Source: Crocosphaera sp. (lineage in GTDB: Bacteria > Cyanobacteriota > Cyanobacteriia > Cyanobacteriales > Microcystaceae). From it: 16,325 nucleotides of DNA. Position 1 is the first letter of the stretch, and each line of letters starts with the position of its first letter. A model generated the notes under the pieces. It was not told the origin of the DNA. It did no database searches and worked only from the letters and a program-made list of their open reading frames with translations. The DNA lies in contig JASJDN010000116.1 of the NCBI GenBank assembly GCA_030065205.1, positions 1 to 16,325 of the forward strand. Reading direction: 5' to 3'. A program made the position numbers and the translations under genes. Positions 1 through 7,164 of this stretch are shown in pieces.

Positions 1-1
1 A

Positions 2-184
2 ATATGGTTAAATGTTCGTGAGTGGGAATGCCCTAAATGTGGCACTAAACATGACCGCGACATCAACGCAAGTAACAATATTTTGGCCGCAGGGCAAGCG
101 GTGTCAGTCTGTGGAGCGAGTGTAAGACCCGAAGAGAGTAAATCTCGGAAGGCAACTGCATTGAAGCAGAAACCTAGATCGTGA
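2..184 (+). CDS. tnpB: TnpB/OrfB RNA-guided endonuclease, C-terminal 60 aa (5'-truncated by the window edge)
   Basis: Frame-2 translation is [60 protein letters not shown]. The CPKCG...DRDxNAxxNI motif is the zinc-ribbon plus final RuvC Asp segment typical of IS605 OrfB/TnpB C-termini. Stop TGA is at 182-184. Confidence 0.85.
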   Translation: MWLNVREWECPKCGTKHDRDINASNNILAAGQAVSVCGASVRPEESKSRKATALKQKPRS

Positions 185-240
185 GGTTTAGGAATCACCG
201 CCCTAAGCGCGTAGCGGAGGGCGCGTGAGGATGTCAAGAT
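60..240 (+). ncRNA. Putative omega-RNA (right-end RNA) scaffold of the TnpB element
   Basis: By established knowledge, TnpB guide RNAs are transcribed from the 3' end of tnpB plus the IS right end. Here that region contains the structured GC-rich hairpin at 196-227. The boundaries are inferred, not observed. Confidence 0.4.
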
Positions 241-262
241 TATAGCTTATATTTTTATGATT

Positions 263-314
263 AAAAGGAGGAATTGTAATCTGAAAAGAAGTAAACGATT
301 CAGCAATTCCTCCC
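263..314 (-). terminator. Possible intrinsic terminator downstream of the 54-aa ORF
   Basis: A 10-bp perfect inverted repeat (ggaggaattg 267-276 / caattcctcc 304-313) starts 10 nt after the stop of ORF 323-487. On the minus strand it is followed by TTTTAATCATAAAAAT. The 27-nt loop is large, so this call is weak. Confidence 0.3.
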
Positions 315-322
315 TATTTCTG

Positions 323-487
323 TTACAGTATATAACCACCAGGGGGAGGGGTTGGTTCACCAGGGGGTAAAGGGTGTCCAGGGACTGGACAATGTCCGCC
401 ACGTACTCCTTTTAATTCCTCCAATGTGAGGTCTTGAAACTGTGAGATTGGCTTGTCATTTTTCTGTTTGTGTTGATTGTTTTTCAT
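323..487 (-). CDS. Small ORF (54 aa) resembling a double-glycine-leader bacteriocin/RiPP precursor peptide
   Basis: My own reverse-complement translation is MKNNQHKQKNDKPISQFQDLTLEELKGVRGG|HCPVPGHPLPPGEPTPPPGGYIL*. L-12, E-8, L-7, V-4, G-2 and G-1 fit the classical double-glycine leader consensus (LSxxELxxIxGG). The ORF is absent from the supplied track, presumably because it is below the length cut-off. It is on the same strand as the upstream cupin gene. Confidence 0.5.
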   Translation of the reverse strand: MKNNQHKQKNDKPISQFQDLTLEELKGVRGGHCPVPGHPLPPGEPTPPPGGYIL

Positions 488-621
488 ATTGTCTGTCTGA
501 TTAAGTTCATAAAGTCAAACTATATTTACTTTATGGGGTTTAAAAGCTTTTTACCACCTATCTTTAGGAACTTAAGCAAGAAGTTAATACCAATTCTCAA
601 AAGTTAATAGAGACTTAAGTC

Positions 622-686
622 GTCATTGCGAGAGTTAATATAAATAGTAAGTTTTGATTTTTACTAAAAATACCCCAAAGCAATCC
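622..686. repeat. Degenerate remnant of the GTCATTGCGAGGGG-type MITE (family A)
   Basis: gtcattgcgag at 622-632 matches the family A terminal repeat. aaaataccccaaagcaatc at 667-685 matches the reverse complement of gattgcttcggggtatttt, with one mismatch, from the hairpin of the family A copies at 10670, 12380 and 12608. Confidence 0.4.
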
Positions 687-688
687 AT

Positions 689-1030
689 TTAGTTTAATTC
701 CTGCTCAAAGTTTTCTAAATTTCCGTGAATGGCTAACCAAATACAAGGAGGATTACTACTGGTAAAAATAACCCGATGTTTTTGATGAGCTTTAATTAAT
801 AAATAATCCCCTGCTTTGAGGTCAATTGAAGAGTTGTCTAAATATAATAAAGTTGCGTCTCCTTGTAATAAAATAACCCATTCATCCTGTTCTTGATCGT
901 ACCAAGTTCCTTCGGGGGTGGTTTGTCCTGTGGAAATGATACGCTCAATTTTTATATTTTTGTTATTAATAATCGTCTCAAAAAATTCTTGATTATTCAG
1001 ATAATCAGGTAACTTAAAAATATTGTTCAT
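689..1030 (-). CDS. Small cupin-fold protein (113 aa), function unknown
   Basis: The full ORF shows a single-barrel cupin pattern: ...DEWVILLQGDATLLY...LKAGDYLLIKAHQKHRV...W. The canonical HxH metal motif of cupin motif 1 is not obvious. Confidence 0.75.
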   Translation of the reverse strand: MNNIFKLPDYLNNQEFFETIINNKNIKIERIISTGQTTPEGTWYDQEQDEWVILLQGDATLLYLDNSSIDLKAGDYLLIKAHQKHRVIFTSSNPPCIWLAIHGNLENFEQELN

Positions 1031-1044
1031 TCTAAATTCTAAAA

Positions 1045-1160
1045 GCAGTTTTCATATCAATAGATTAACAATTCATTATACAAATTCTTCCCACACTCCC
1101 CACCCCTCCCACACTCCCCACACTCAATTGAAACCCCTATCCAAAAAACCCAAGACACGA
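1045..1160 (+). repeat. Dispersed intergenic element (family C), copy 1, with a 4-unit CCCACACTC nonamer array at 1090-1125
   Basis: gcagttttcatatcaatagattaac... and the array cccacactc/cccacccct/cccacactc/cccacactc align with 6571-6683. This copy lies in the divergent cupin/glmU promoter region. Confidence 0.7.
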
Positions 1161-1195
1161 TATACTCCTTTCGGGATCTGTTGATGGATAGAAAC

Positions 1196-2563
1196 ATGGT
1201 AGCAGTAGCAATTCTAGCAGCCGGCAAAGGAACACGGATGAAGTCTAACTTGCCTAAAGTATTACACACTTTAGGGGGGCGATCGCTAGTACAAAGGGTA
1301 CTCGATAGTTGTCATCTCATTAACCCATCTCGCAAATTAATTATTATTGGTTACGAAGGGGAACAGGTTAAACAGTCCTTTGAGGATACCTCATCCCTAG
1401 AATTCGTAGAACAAAAAGAACAATTAGGCACAGGCCACGCTATACAGCAATTATTACCCCATTTAGAAGGTTATGATGGGGATTTATTCGTTTTAAACGG
1501 AGATGCGCCTTTATTACGCCCTGAAACCTTAGAAAATTTATTGCAGATTCATCAAAAAAATAATAACGCAGCCACCTTATTAACGGCTAATTTACCCAAC
1601 CCTAAAGGGTATGGACGAGTTTTTTGCGACGGAAATAACCAAGTTAGTCAAATTGTAGAAGATCGCGACTGTAATGCGGCACAGAAAAACAACCATCGGG
1701 TAAATGGGGGAATTTATTGTTTTAACTGGCCAAAGTTAGCGCAAGTATTACCGAAACTATCTACCAACAACGATCAAAAAGAATATTATTTAACTGAAGT
1801 TGTAGATTATCTTAACCCGGTGATGGCCGTTGATGTGGAAGATTATTACGAAATTAATGGGATTAACGATCGCTATCAACTCTCTCAGGCTAATGATATT
1901 CTACAAGACCGTATCAAAAAGCGTTGGATGAGTGCAGGGGTGACGATGATCGATCCTGACAGTATTACTATTGATGATACGGTTATTTTAGAACCTGATG
2001 TGATTCTTGAACCTCAAACCCATCTACGGGGGAATACGTCTATCGGTGCAAAAAGTCGTATTGGTCCGGGAAGTCTCGTTGAAAATAGTATCATTGGGGA
2101 ACAAGTAACGGTACTTTATTCGGTTATTAGTGACTCAGACGTTGCGTCTCATTGTCGCGTTGGCCCTTATACTCATCTACGGGGAGAGGCGAAAATAGAA
2201 GAATCTTGTCGTATTGGTAATTTTGTAGAGATTAAAAAGACTCAGGTGGGAAATAAGAGTAATGTTGCTCATTTATCCTATCTTGGGGATGCAAAGTTAG
2301 GACAACAGGTAAATGTAGGTGCGGGAACTATTACCGCTAATTATGATGGGGTTAAGAAGCATCCGACTATTATCGGCGATCGCACTAAAACGGGAGCAAA
2401 TAGTGTGTTTGTGGCACCGGTAACGTTAGGAGAAGAGGTAACAGTAGCTGCCGGATCGGTTGTGACAAACGATGTTCCAGATCATGCTTTAGTTATTGCT
2501 AGACAACGACAAAGAATTATTGAAGATTGGAAGGCGAAAATAGCTCAAAAACAATCAAAATAA
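1196..2563 (+). CDS. glmU: Bifunctional UDP-N-acetylglucosamine pyrophosphorylase / glucosamine-1-phosphate N-acetyltransferase
   Basis: The N-terminal signature is [24 protein letters not shown]. A nucleotidyltransferase domain is followed by left-handed beta-helix hexapeptide repeats (...[23 protein letters not shown]...). The ORF track starts at TTG 1181; I prefer ATG 1196 because it gives the canonical N-terminus. Confidence 0.95.
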   Translation: MVAVAILAAGKGTRMKSNLPKVLHTLGGRSLVQRVLDSCHLINPSRKLIIIGYEGEQVKQSFEDTSSLEFVEQKEQLGTGHAIQQLLPHLEGYDGDLFVLNGDAPLLRPETLENLLQIHQKNNNAATLLTANLPNPKGYGRVFCDGNNQVSQIVEDRDCNAAQKNNHRVNGGIYCFNWPKLAQVLPKLSTNNDQKEYYLTEVVDYLNPVMAVDVEDYYEINGINDRYQLSQANDILQDRIKKRWMSAGVTMIDPDSITIDDTVILEPDVILEPQTHLRGNTSIGAKSRIGPGSLVENSIIGEQVTVLYSVISDSDVASHCRVGPYTHLRGEAKIEESCRIGNFVEIKKTQVGNKSNVAHLSYLGDAKLGQQVNVGAGTITANYDGVKKHPTIIGDRTKTGANSVFVAPVTLGEEVTVAAGSVVTNDVPDHALVIARQRQRIIEDWKAKIAQKQSK

Positions 2564-2566
2564 GGA

Positions 2567-2722
2567 ATGAAAACAGATACTATTTTTTATCGTCTTTTTC
2601 AATCTTTCCCCAGCATCTTCTTTGAATTAATTCGACACCCTGTTGATGAAGCAGATAACTATCGTTTTGACAGAATGAACAGTAATCTTAGGCACATAAT
2701 CCTATTATGTCCATTCCTGTAG
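2567..2722 (+). pseudogene. N-terminal fragment of a DUF2887 / Rpn-like (PD-(D/E)XK putative transposase) family gene
   Basis: MKTDTIFYRLFQSFPSIFFELIRHP... matches the remembered conserved N-terminus of the roughly 230-aa cyanobacterial DUF2887 proteins. Similarity is lost after about 35 aa, and the frame stops at 2720-2722, exactly where the GTAGGGTGGGCAA element begins. Confidence 0.55.
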
Positions 2723-2872
2723 GGTGGGCAAACACTGAAAGATACTTCATGATCAGGTTAGGTAATTATTTTTGCCCACCGTTTCTATTCAAGAATAATA
2801 TAACGATGATGGTGGGCAATTAGAGAAACTATCTTGATTAAGCTATCAATTATCCCTGTTTGCCCACCCTAC
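2719..2872. mobile_element. MITE-like foldback element with GTAGGGTGGGCAAACA terminal inverted repeats
   Basis: gtagggtgggcaaaca at 2719-2734 and its exact reverse complement tgtttgcccaccctac at 2857-2872 form a 16-bp perfect TIR. Internal copies of TTGCCCACC (2772-2780) and GGTGGGCAA (2811-2819) are also present. The element appears to truncate the DUF2887 reading frame. Confidence 0.6.
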
Positions 2873-2879
2873 GCTTTTT

Positions 2880-3095
2880 CTACAACCGAGTAATTAACAT
2901 TCCTGTTAAGGTTGCAAAGGAACTTTGAGCAAGATCAGTAATTAGATCAGGGGTTGGTTTATCTTGGATACTTAAGACGATTGAACCAACCACACAGACA
3001 ATTAACGTTGACGAGAGAACTTTAGCAATGTTCACGCTTAAGGGATGCTGATTATTGTCTAGTTTGTCCTGTTTATTAGGTTTTTTGAAGAACAT
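2880..3095 (-). CDS. Hypothetical small membrane protein (71 aa)
   Basis: The evidence is only an ORF with one hydrophobic segment (LSSTLIVCVVGSIVLSI). I recognise no family signature, and the ORF lies in a region of mobile-element debris. Confidence 0.25.
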   Translation of the reverse strand: MFFKKPNKQDKLDNNQHPLSVNIAKVLSSTLIVCVVGSIVLSIQDKPTPDLITDLAQSSFATLTGMLITRL

Positions 3096-3188
3096 GATAC
3101 ATTTTCTAATTCAATAAGAGGGTGCATTTAGCCTGGCAGCTTCGTTAACCTTACCCTAGATTGGGTTTTATAGTGGTTTTAAATAAGT

Positions 3189-3551
3189 TTGAGACACAGT
3201 AGTGTGAGCATCTTGTTCACTATGTCAACAAGAAAGAAAATAAATGATTTAATGCTATCTCAGTTATGGGTAGGTCTTTGGAGTCCCGTTAGCTACAGTT
3301 ATGCTCGTCGTGGACAGCAAAAGCTCTTAGAACAGACGAAAAAACGGGGAAAAAGGTTAAATATTTTAGGTCTTTATGCCATAGGAGTTAGTTTTGACTA
3401 CGGACTAAAGCTAGGCTCTTTTAAGGGAGACTCTTACCTGAAGTTGATGGACTGGCAAGCTCAACAAGCTTCTCAACGCTTAAAAGAGACTGGACAAATC
3501 ACAGTGATTGTTCAAGATAACCATCCCATACACATGAGTAAAGTTGCATAG
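3189..3551 (+). pseudogene. Internal fragment of an IS630-family DDE transposase
   Basis: ...SPVSYSYARRGQQKLLEQTKKRGKRLNILGL...SFDYGLKLGSFKGDSYLKLMDWQAQQA...TGQITVIVQDNHPIHMSK matches the central catalytic region of cyanobacterial IS630-type transposases, including the VQDN Asp. The N-terminal HTH part and the C-terminal D/E part are missing, and the frame ends at 3551. Confidence 0.7.
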
Positions 3552-3892
3552 GATGTTAAATAGCGATCGCACCAACGTAACATGGGTAAATTTTTATGAG
3601 AAACGGCTAAGGTTCCATAGGGAATATTATTATCTAATTGTCGTTTAATAGCCTCAATAACTTAACAATCAGGTTTAAGTTGTGAGAAAATGACCAAGAG
3701 GATTTAACACTGTTAAATCCCTACAAAAGCTTATTGGTAGGGACATAATATTATTATGTCCTCATGGGTTCTCATATATCATTCCTGATTGCTATCGGAG
3801 GGGAATGCTTTCAGCTAAAACTCAGCTTTCTATCATTTACGGTTTAGTTAATTGTGAGAAGATAACAGTACGCCCATCTTACATTGTTGGTA

Positions 3893-5314
3893 ATGTTGCT
3901 GATTAAATCTTCCCCTAGTGTAAAACAACTGTTGCATCTAACTTCTCTCCGAGTTCGACTCACCCTTGGTATTGCTGCAATGTCCATTTTAGGACTGGGT
4001 GGGGTGGTTATTTGGATTAGTTGGCAAATGCAGAGTATTCTAGTCGTTACCCATAAAAATAATACAAGCTACATTGCGGAGCGTTTTCCCTCTGATGTGG
4101 AAATCTATAGCGATATGGTTTCTTTGCGAGAAGGAACTCAAAAGGCCATTGATAACCTGTCTAACCCCCAAACATTATTATGGGTGAAGAGTCCCCAAGG
4201 AGACATCTGGTCCCAGTCTCAAGTTTTGAAAATGGGAATGAGAGGAAATGATTTAGTGTCTTTGACAGATATTTCGCCTCAACCGGAATTACAACGGGTT
4301 AATAATCGTTATTGGTTGCTATGTTCGACGAAATTAGTGGTTAAAGGGGTTAATTTAGGGAATTTTTATATTGCTCAAGATATTACCAGGGATCAAATGA
4401 TGTTTTGGAGTGTCATGCGTAGTCTGTTGATTATAAGTGTCATTGCAACTATTTTCATGACCATGGCCATTGCTTGGTATATTCAAACCTCTCTGACACC
4501 GTTAAAACGGATGAGTCAGATGACACAAGATATTTGCACGGAAACGTTAGGAAAGGTACAAATTGAGTTAGAAAATGCGCCGAGTGAGGTCAAAGAATTA
4601 GCAGGAACTTTACAAACGACCTTAACCCGTCTTTCTGATGCTTGGGAAGATCAACGTCAGTTAGTCAGTAATGTTTCCCACGAGTTACGCACCCCGTTAA
4701 CGGTGGTTTCTGGTTATTTACAAAGTACCCTACGCAGGGGAAATAATTTAACGGATATCCAACGAGAAGCGTTAGCAACCGCTTCATCGGAAGCTGAGCG
4801 TACGGTTCAATTATTACAGGATTTACTCGATTTAGCTAGGGCCGAAAATGGAGGGATGTATTTTCATCTAGAAACCATTGTCCTCAATGAGTTATTACCC
4901 GAAATTGCGGGAATGGTTCATCAATATCCTATCCCTGTGCAGATTTCTCTTCCTGATGATTTAATCAAAGTGAAAGGGGATAAAAATCGCCTCAAACAAG
5001 TGTTTTTGAATTTAATCGACAATGGGGTTAAATATTCCCATTCTCCTGAACCCATTTTCCTGAAACTGAGTCAAGAGAAACAACAGGCAAAAATAGAAGT
5101 GTGCGATCGCGGTGTGGGTATTCCGTTAGCGGATCAAACTCGCATTTTTGAACGGTTTTATCGGGTGGATGAAGCAAGAAGTCGGAACGTTGGGGGAACT
5201 GGGTTAGGGTTATCTATCGTCAAAACCCTAGTAGAAGGGATGGGGGGAACTATCAAGGTTGTTTCTCAACCGGATCAAGGTACAATTTTTACGATTCTCT
5301 TTCCTTTGTCTTGA
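3893..5314 (+). CDS. Membrane sensor histidine kinase (two TM helices, periplasmic loop, HAMP, HisKA, HATPase_c)
   Basis: The recognisable boxes are H-box VSHELRTPLT, N-box LNLIDNGVKYS, G1 DRGVGIP, F-box FERFYRVD and G2 GGTGLGLSIV. The two hydrophobic helices are LGIAAMSILGLGGVVIWISW and LLIISVIATIFMTMAIAWYI. The track starts at TTG 3884; ATG 3893 is more likely. No response regulator gene is adjacent. Confidence 0.9.
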   Translation: MLLIKSSPSVKQLLHLTSLRVRLTLGIAAMSILGLGGVVIWISWQMQSILVVTHKNNTSYIAERFPSDVEIYSDMVSLREGTQKAIDNLSNPQTLLWVKSPQGDIWSQSQVLKMGMRGNDLVSLTDISPQPELQRVNNRYWLLCSTKLVVKGVNLGNFYIAQDITRDQMMFWSVMRSLLIISVIATIFMTMAIAWYIQTSLTPLKRMSQMTQDICTETLGKVQIELENAPSEVKELAGTLQTTLTRLSDAWEDQRQLVSNVSHELRTPLTVVSGYLQSTLRRGNNLTDIQREALATASSEAERTVQLLQDLLDLARAENGGMYFHLETIVLNELLPEIAGMVHQYPIPVQISLPDDLIKVKGDKNRLKQVFLNLIDNGVKYSHSPEPIFLKLSQEKQQAKIEVCDRGVGIPLADQTRIFERFYRVDEARSRNVGGTGLGLSIVKTLVEGMGGTIKVVSQPDQGTIFTILFPLS

Positions 5315-5388
5315 TCGGGTTTAATTATTTTAATAAATATGATAACTTTAAATAATTCTCTATTCCCTATTATCATAATTGATTGAGG

Positions 5389-6567
5389 ATGAATACAACA
5401 ACCAAAGAACCTAACAAATATTTATTATTATCAGGAGATGGTGAACGTCAGAAACTAGAAGTTAATTTCTGGTTAATCTCTTTGATGGGTTTATTACTAT
5501 TTATTGCCATTTATACCCTGACTTTACTGTTCTTAAGACCCACGTTTATTGGGGTTCTTTTATATGAAAGGGGGTTTACTCAATTTTTGGTCATTTATTT
5601 GGCTTGTTTTGTCGTATCTTTAACGGTCATTAAACTGATTAAATTACAACAAGAATCCTTGGCGTTACGTCGTTCTTGGGTTCCACAAACCGTTACGTTT
5701 GATAATCCGCGATCGCGGGATTTATTGACCTTACAAAACAATTTAACTAAACAGAATCAACTATTACCCATTCGTTGTAGTCGCATTTTAGGGGCTTACA
5801 TTCAGTCAGGAAGTCGTAAAATTGCCTCGGAATTAGCGTTAGATGATTCGACGTTTTATTTGAGTGCAACGGATGCTTCTTATAGCTTTCCCCGTGTTCT
5901 GGTTTGGGCGATTCCCCTATTAGGATTTATTGGTACGGTAATCGGGATTAGTCAAGCGGTTAATGGGTTTTCTAGTTTCCTGGAACAAGCGGGAGAAATT
6001 GAACAAATTAAAGAAGGAATTGGTACGGTAACCAGTGGGTTAGCGGTAGCATTTGACACCACGTTATTAGCTTTATTATTAAGTGTTTTGGTGATGATTC
6101 CTTTAGTTTTAGTAGAAAGAATGGAATCCCGTTTGCTGCTCAGAATTGATATTTATATCAATGATTTTGTGTTACCTCGTCTCAAAGAAAGAAGTGAAAA
6201 TCTAGATTACGATGGCATTAATCAGTCTATTCGTCAAGCCTTTCAAGATTATTTACCTAACCCTGAAGCATTAATTAAACCCGCAGAAATCTATGCACAA
6301 CAAGCAGCCGAAACTTTTTCAAAAAGCTTTATTTCAGAAATCGAAAAATTACAACAATTAAGCGGTAATTTAATCGAACAACTGGACAAAATCAATAACA
6401 TGAGCATCGAAGAAAAAAGCAAATTTCTTGAAATGTTAGATCAACAATTAAACGTCAATCGAGAACTTTCTCAGTCTATGATTACAGAAATTAAACACAT
6501 TCAACCTATCCTCGAAAAATTAAGTAAACCTCGTTTAATCACTTTTACCGATTCCGAAGAACTTTAA
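5389..6567 (+). CDS. MotA/TolQ/ExbB-family proton-channel protein with a roughly 150-aa C-terminal coiled-coil extension
   Basis: Four predicted TM helices are present. The last pair carries the MotA_ExbB signature (FPRVLVWAIPLLGFIGTVIGISQA ... TSGLAVAFDTTLLALLLSVLVMIPLVLVE). The tail from about residue 246 (nt about 6118) is heptad-like and rich in E/K/Q/L. The track start is TTG 5383, with an ATG at 5389. Confidence 0.85.
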   Translation: MNTTTKEPNKYLLLSGDGERQKLEVNFWLISLMGLLLFIAIYTLTLLFLRPTFIGVLLYERGFTQFLVIYLACFVVSLTVIKLIKLQQESLALRRSWVPQTVTFDNPRSRDLLTLQNNLTKQNQLLPIRCSRILGAYIQSGSRKIASELALDDSTFYLSATDASYSFPRVLVWAIPLLGFIGTVIGISQAVNGFSSFLEQAGEIEQIKEGIGTVTSGLAVAFDTTLLALLLSVLVMIPLVLVERMESRLLLRIDIYINDFVLPRLKERSENLDYDGINQSIRQAFQDYLPNPEALIKPAEIYAQQAAETFSKSFISEIEKLQQLSGNLIEQLDKINNMSIEEKSKFLEMLDQQLNVNRELSQSMITEIKHIQPILEKLSKPRLITFTDSEEL

Positions 6568-6570
6568 TTT

Positions 6571-6683
6571 ACAGTAGTTTTTATATCCATAGATTAACCA
6601 TGAAAATAAAAATTATCCCCACACTCCCCACCCATCCCACACTCAACTTAACTCAAAGATTGATACACCCCATTAAAAACTGC
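6571..6683 (+). repeat. Dispersed intergenic element (family C), copy 2, with a 3-unit nonamer array at 6618-6644
   Basis: cagtagtttttatatccatagattaac...cccacactc/cccacccat/cccacactc...accccattaaaaac aligns with 1045-1160. This copy occupies nearly all of the 120-bp gap between the MotA-like and first ExbD-like genes. Confidence 0.7.
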
Positions 6684-6687
6684 TACT

Positions 6688-7164
6688 ATGCGTCGTCGTT
6701 CTTTTGCTAAAAAATCCCTAGAAGTTGAATTGTTTCCCTTTCTTTCAATTTTAGCTTGTACCATTGGTACTCTCATTTTATTAATCATTGTTTTAACGAC
6801 TCAACTACTCAAAAATGAACGAGAAATCACCATTATTGCCAAACAAGAAACCACCGGAGAAAATCAAGGTAAAATCCCCAAATATATAGAATGCCGAGAG
6901 GATGGAATCTTATTACATCCTAGTCAAGTTTTTGTCCCTAAATCTGATATTAATAATCGGCGATCACCCCTAAATCAATTAATTCGGGAGGTACAAAAAA
7001 ACAAAGATAAACAGTATTTAATTGTTGTCCTTCGTCCCCAAGGAATTGATGTGTTTCAACAAGTTAGAGACATAGTAGAAAAACAGGGGATTGATATTGG
7101 ATACGAACCCATTGATGAAGATTGGAAATTAAAAATAGAAGAATTAACTAACAATGAGAACTAG
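6688..7164 (+). CDS. ExbD/TolR-like single-pass membrane protein (158 aa), divergent; TM Asp replaced by Ser
   Basis: The N-terminus MRRRSFAKKSLEVELFPFLSILACTIGTLILLIIVL aligns by eye with ExbD ...INVTPFIDVMLVLLIIFMV (PF-[IL]-x), with Ser20 at the Asp position. The C-terminal motif is LIVVLRPQGIDVFQQVRDIVEKQGIDIGYEP. The gene sits directly downstream of a MotA/ExbB gene. Confidence 0.55.
   Translation: MRRRSFAKKSLEVELFPFLSILACTIGTLILLIIVLTTQLLKNEREITIIAKQETTGENQGKIPKYIECREDGILLHPSQVFVPKSDINNRRSPLNQLIREVQKNKDKQYLIVVLRPQGIDVFQQVRDIVEKQGIDIGYEPIDEDWKLKIEELTNNEN

Larger units (their letters stand above)
1..245 (+). mobile_element. Right-end portion of an IS200/IS605-family (TnpB/OrfB-carrying) insertion sequence; the rest lies upstream of the window
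   Basis: The 3' end of a tnpB ORF (2-184) is followed by a GC-rich imperfect subterminal hairpin (caccgccct 196-204 / agggcgcgtg 218-227) and then ...GAGGATGTCAAGAT. After about 240 the sequence turns AT-rich and unrelated. The exact right boundary is not determinable by eye. Confidence 0.7.

Noticed and set aside
689-1030. Cupin gene as a dedicated tailoring enzyme for the downstream GG-leader peptide
   Set aside because: The only evidence is co-orientation and a 201-nt spacing. The cupin lacks an obvious HxH metal motif, and a MITE remnant lies between the genes. This is too speculative for a feature call, so it is mentioned only as context.
1181-1195. Non-ATG starts used by the ORF track (TTG 1181, TTG 3884, TTG 5383, TTG 14014, GTG 14149)
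   Set aside because: In each case an in-frame ATG a few codons downstream gives a more canonical N-terminus (for example [15 protein letters not shown] for GlmU), a signal peptide, or is preceded by a GGAG. The upstream starts cannot be excluded without proteomic or ribosome-profiling data.
1057-1269. 70-aa minus-strand ORF (…[10 protein letters not shown]…)
   Set aside because: It is generated by reading through the CCCACACTC nonamer array and overlaps the glmU start antisense. It has no family resemblance, so I treat it as a repeat artefact.
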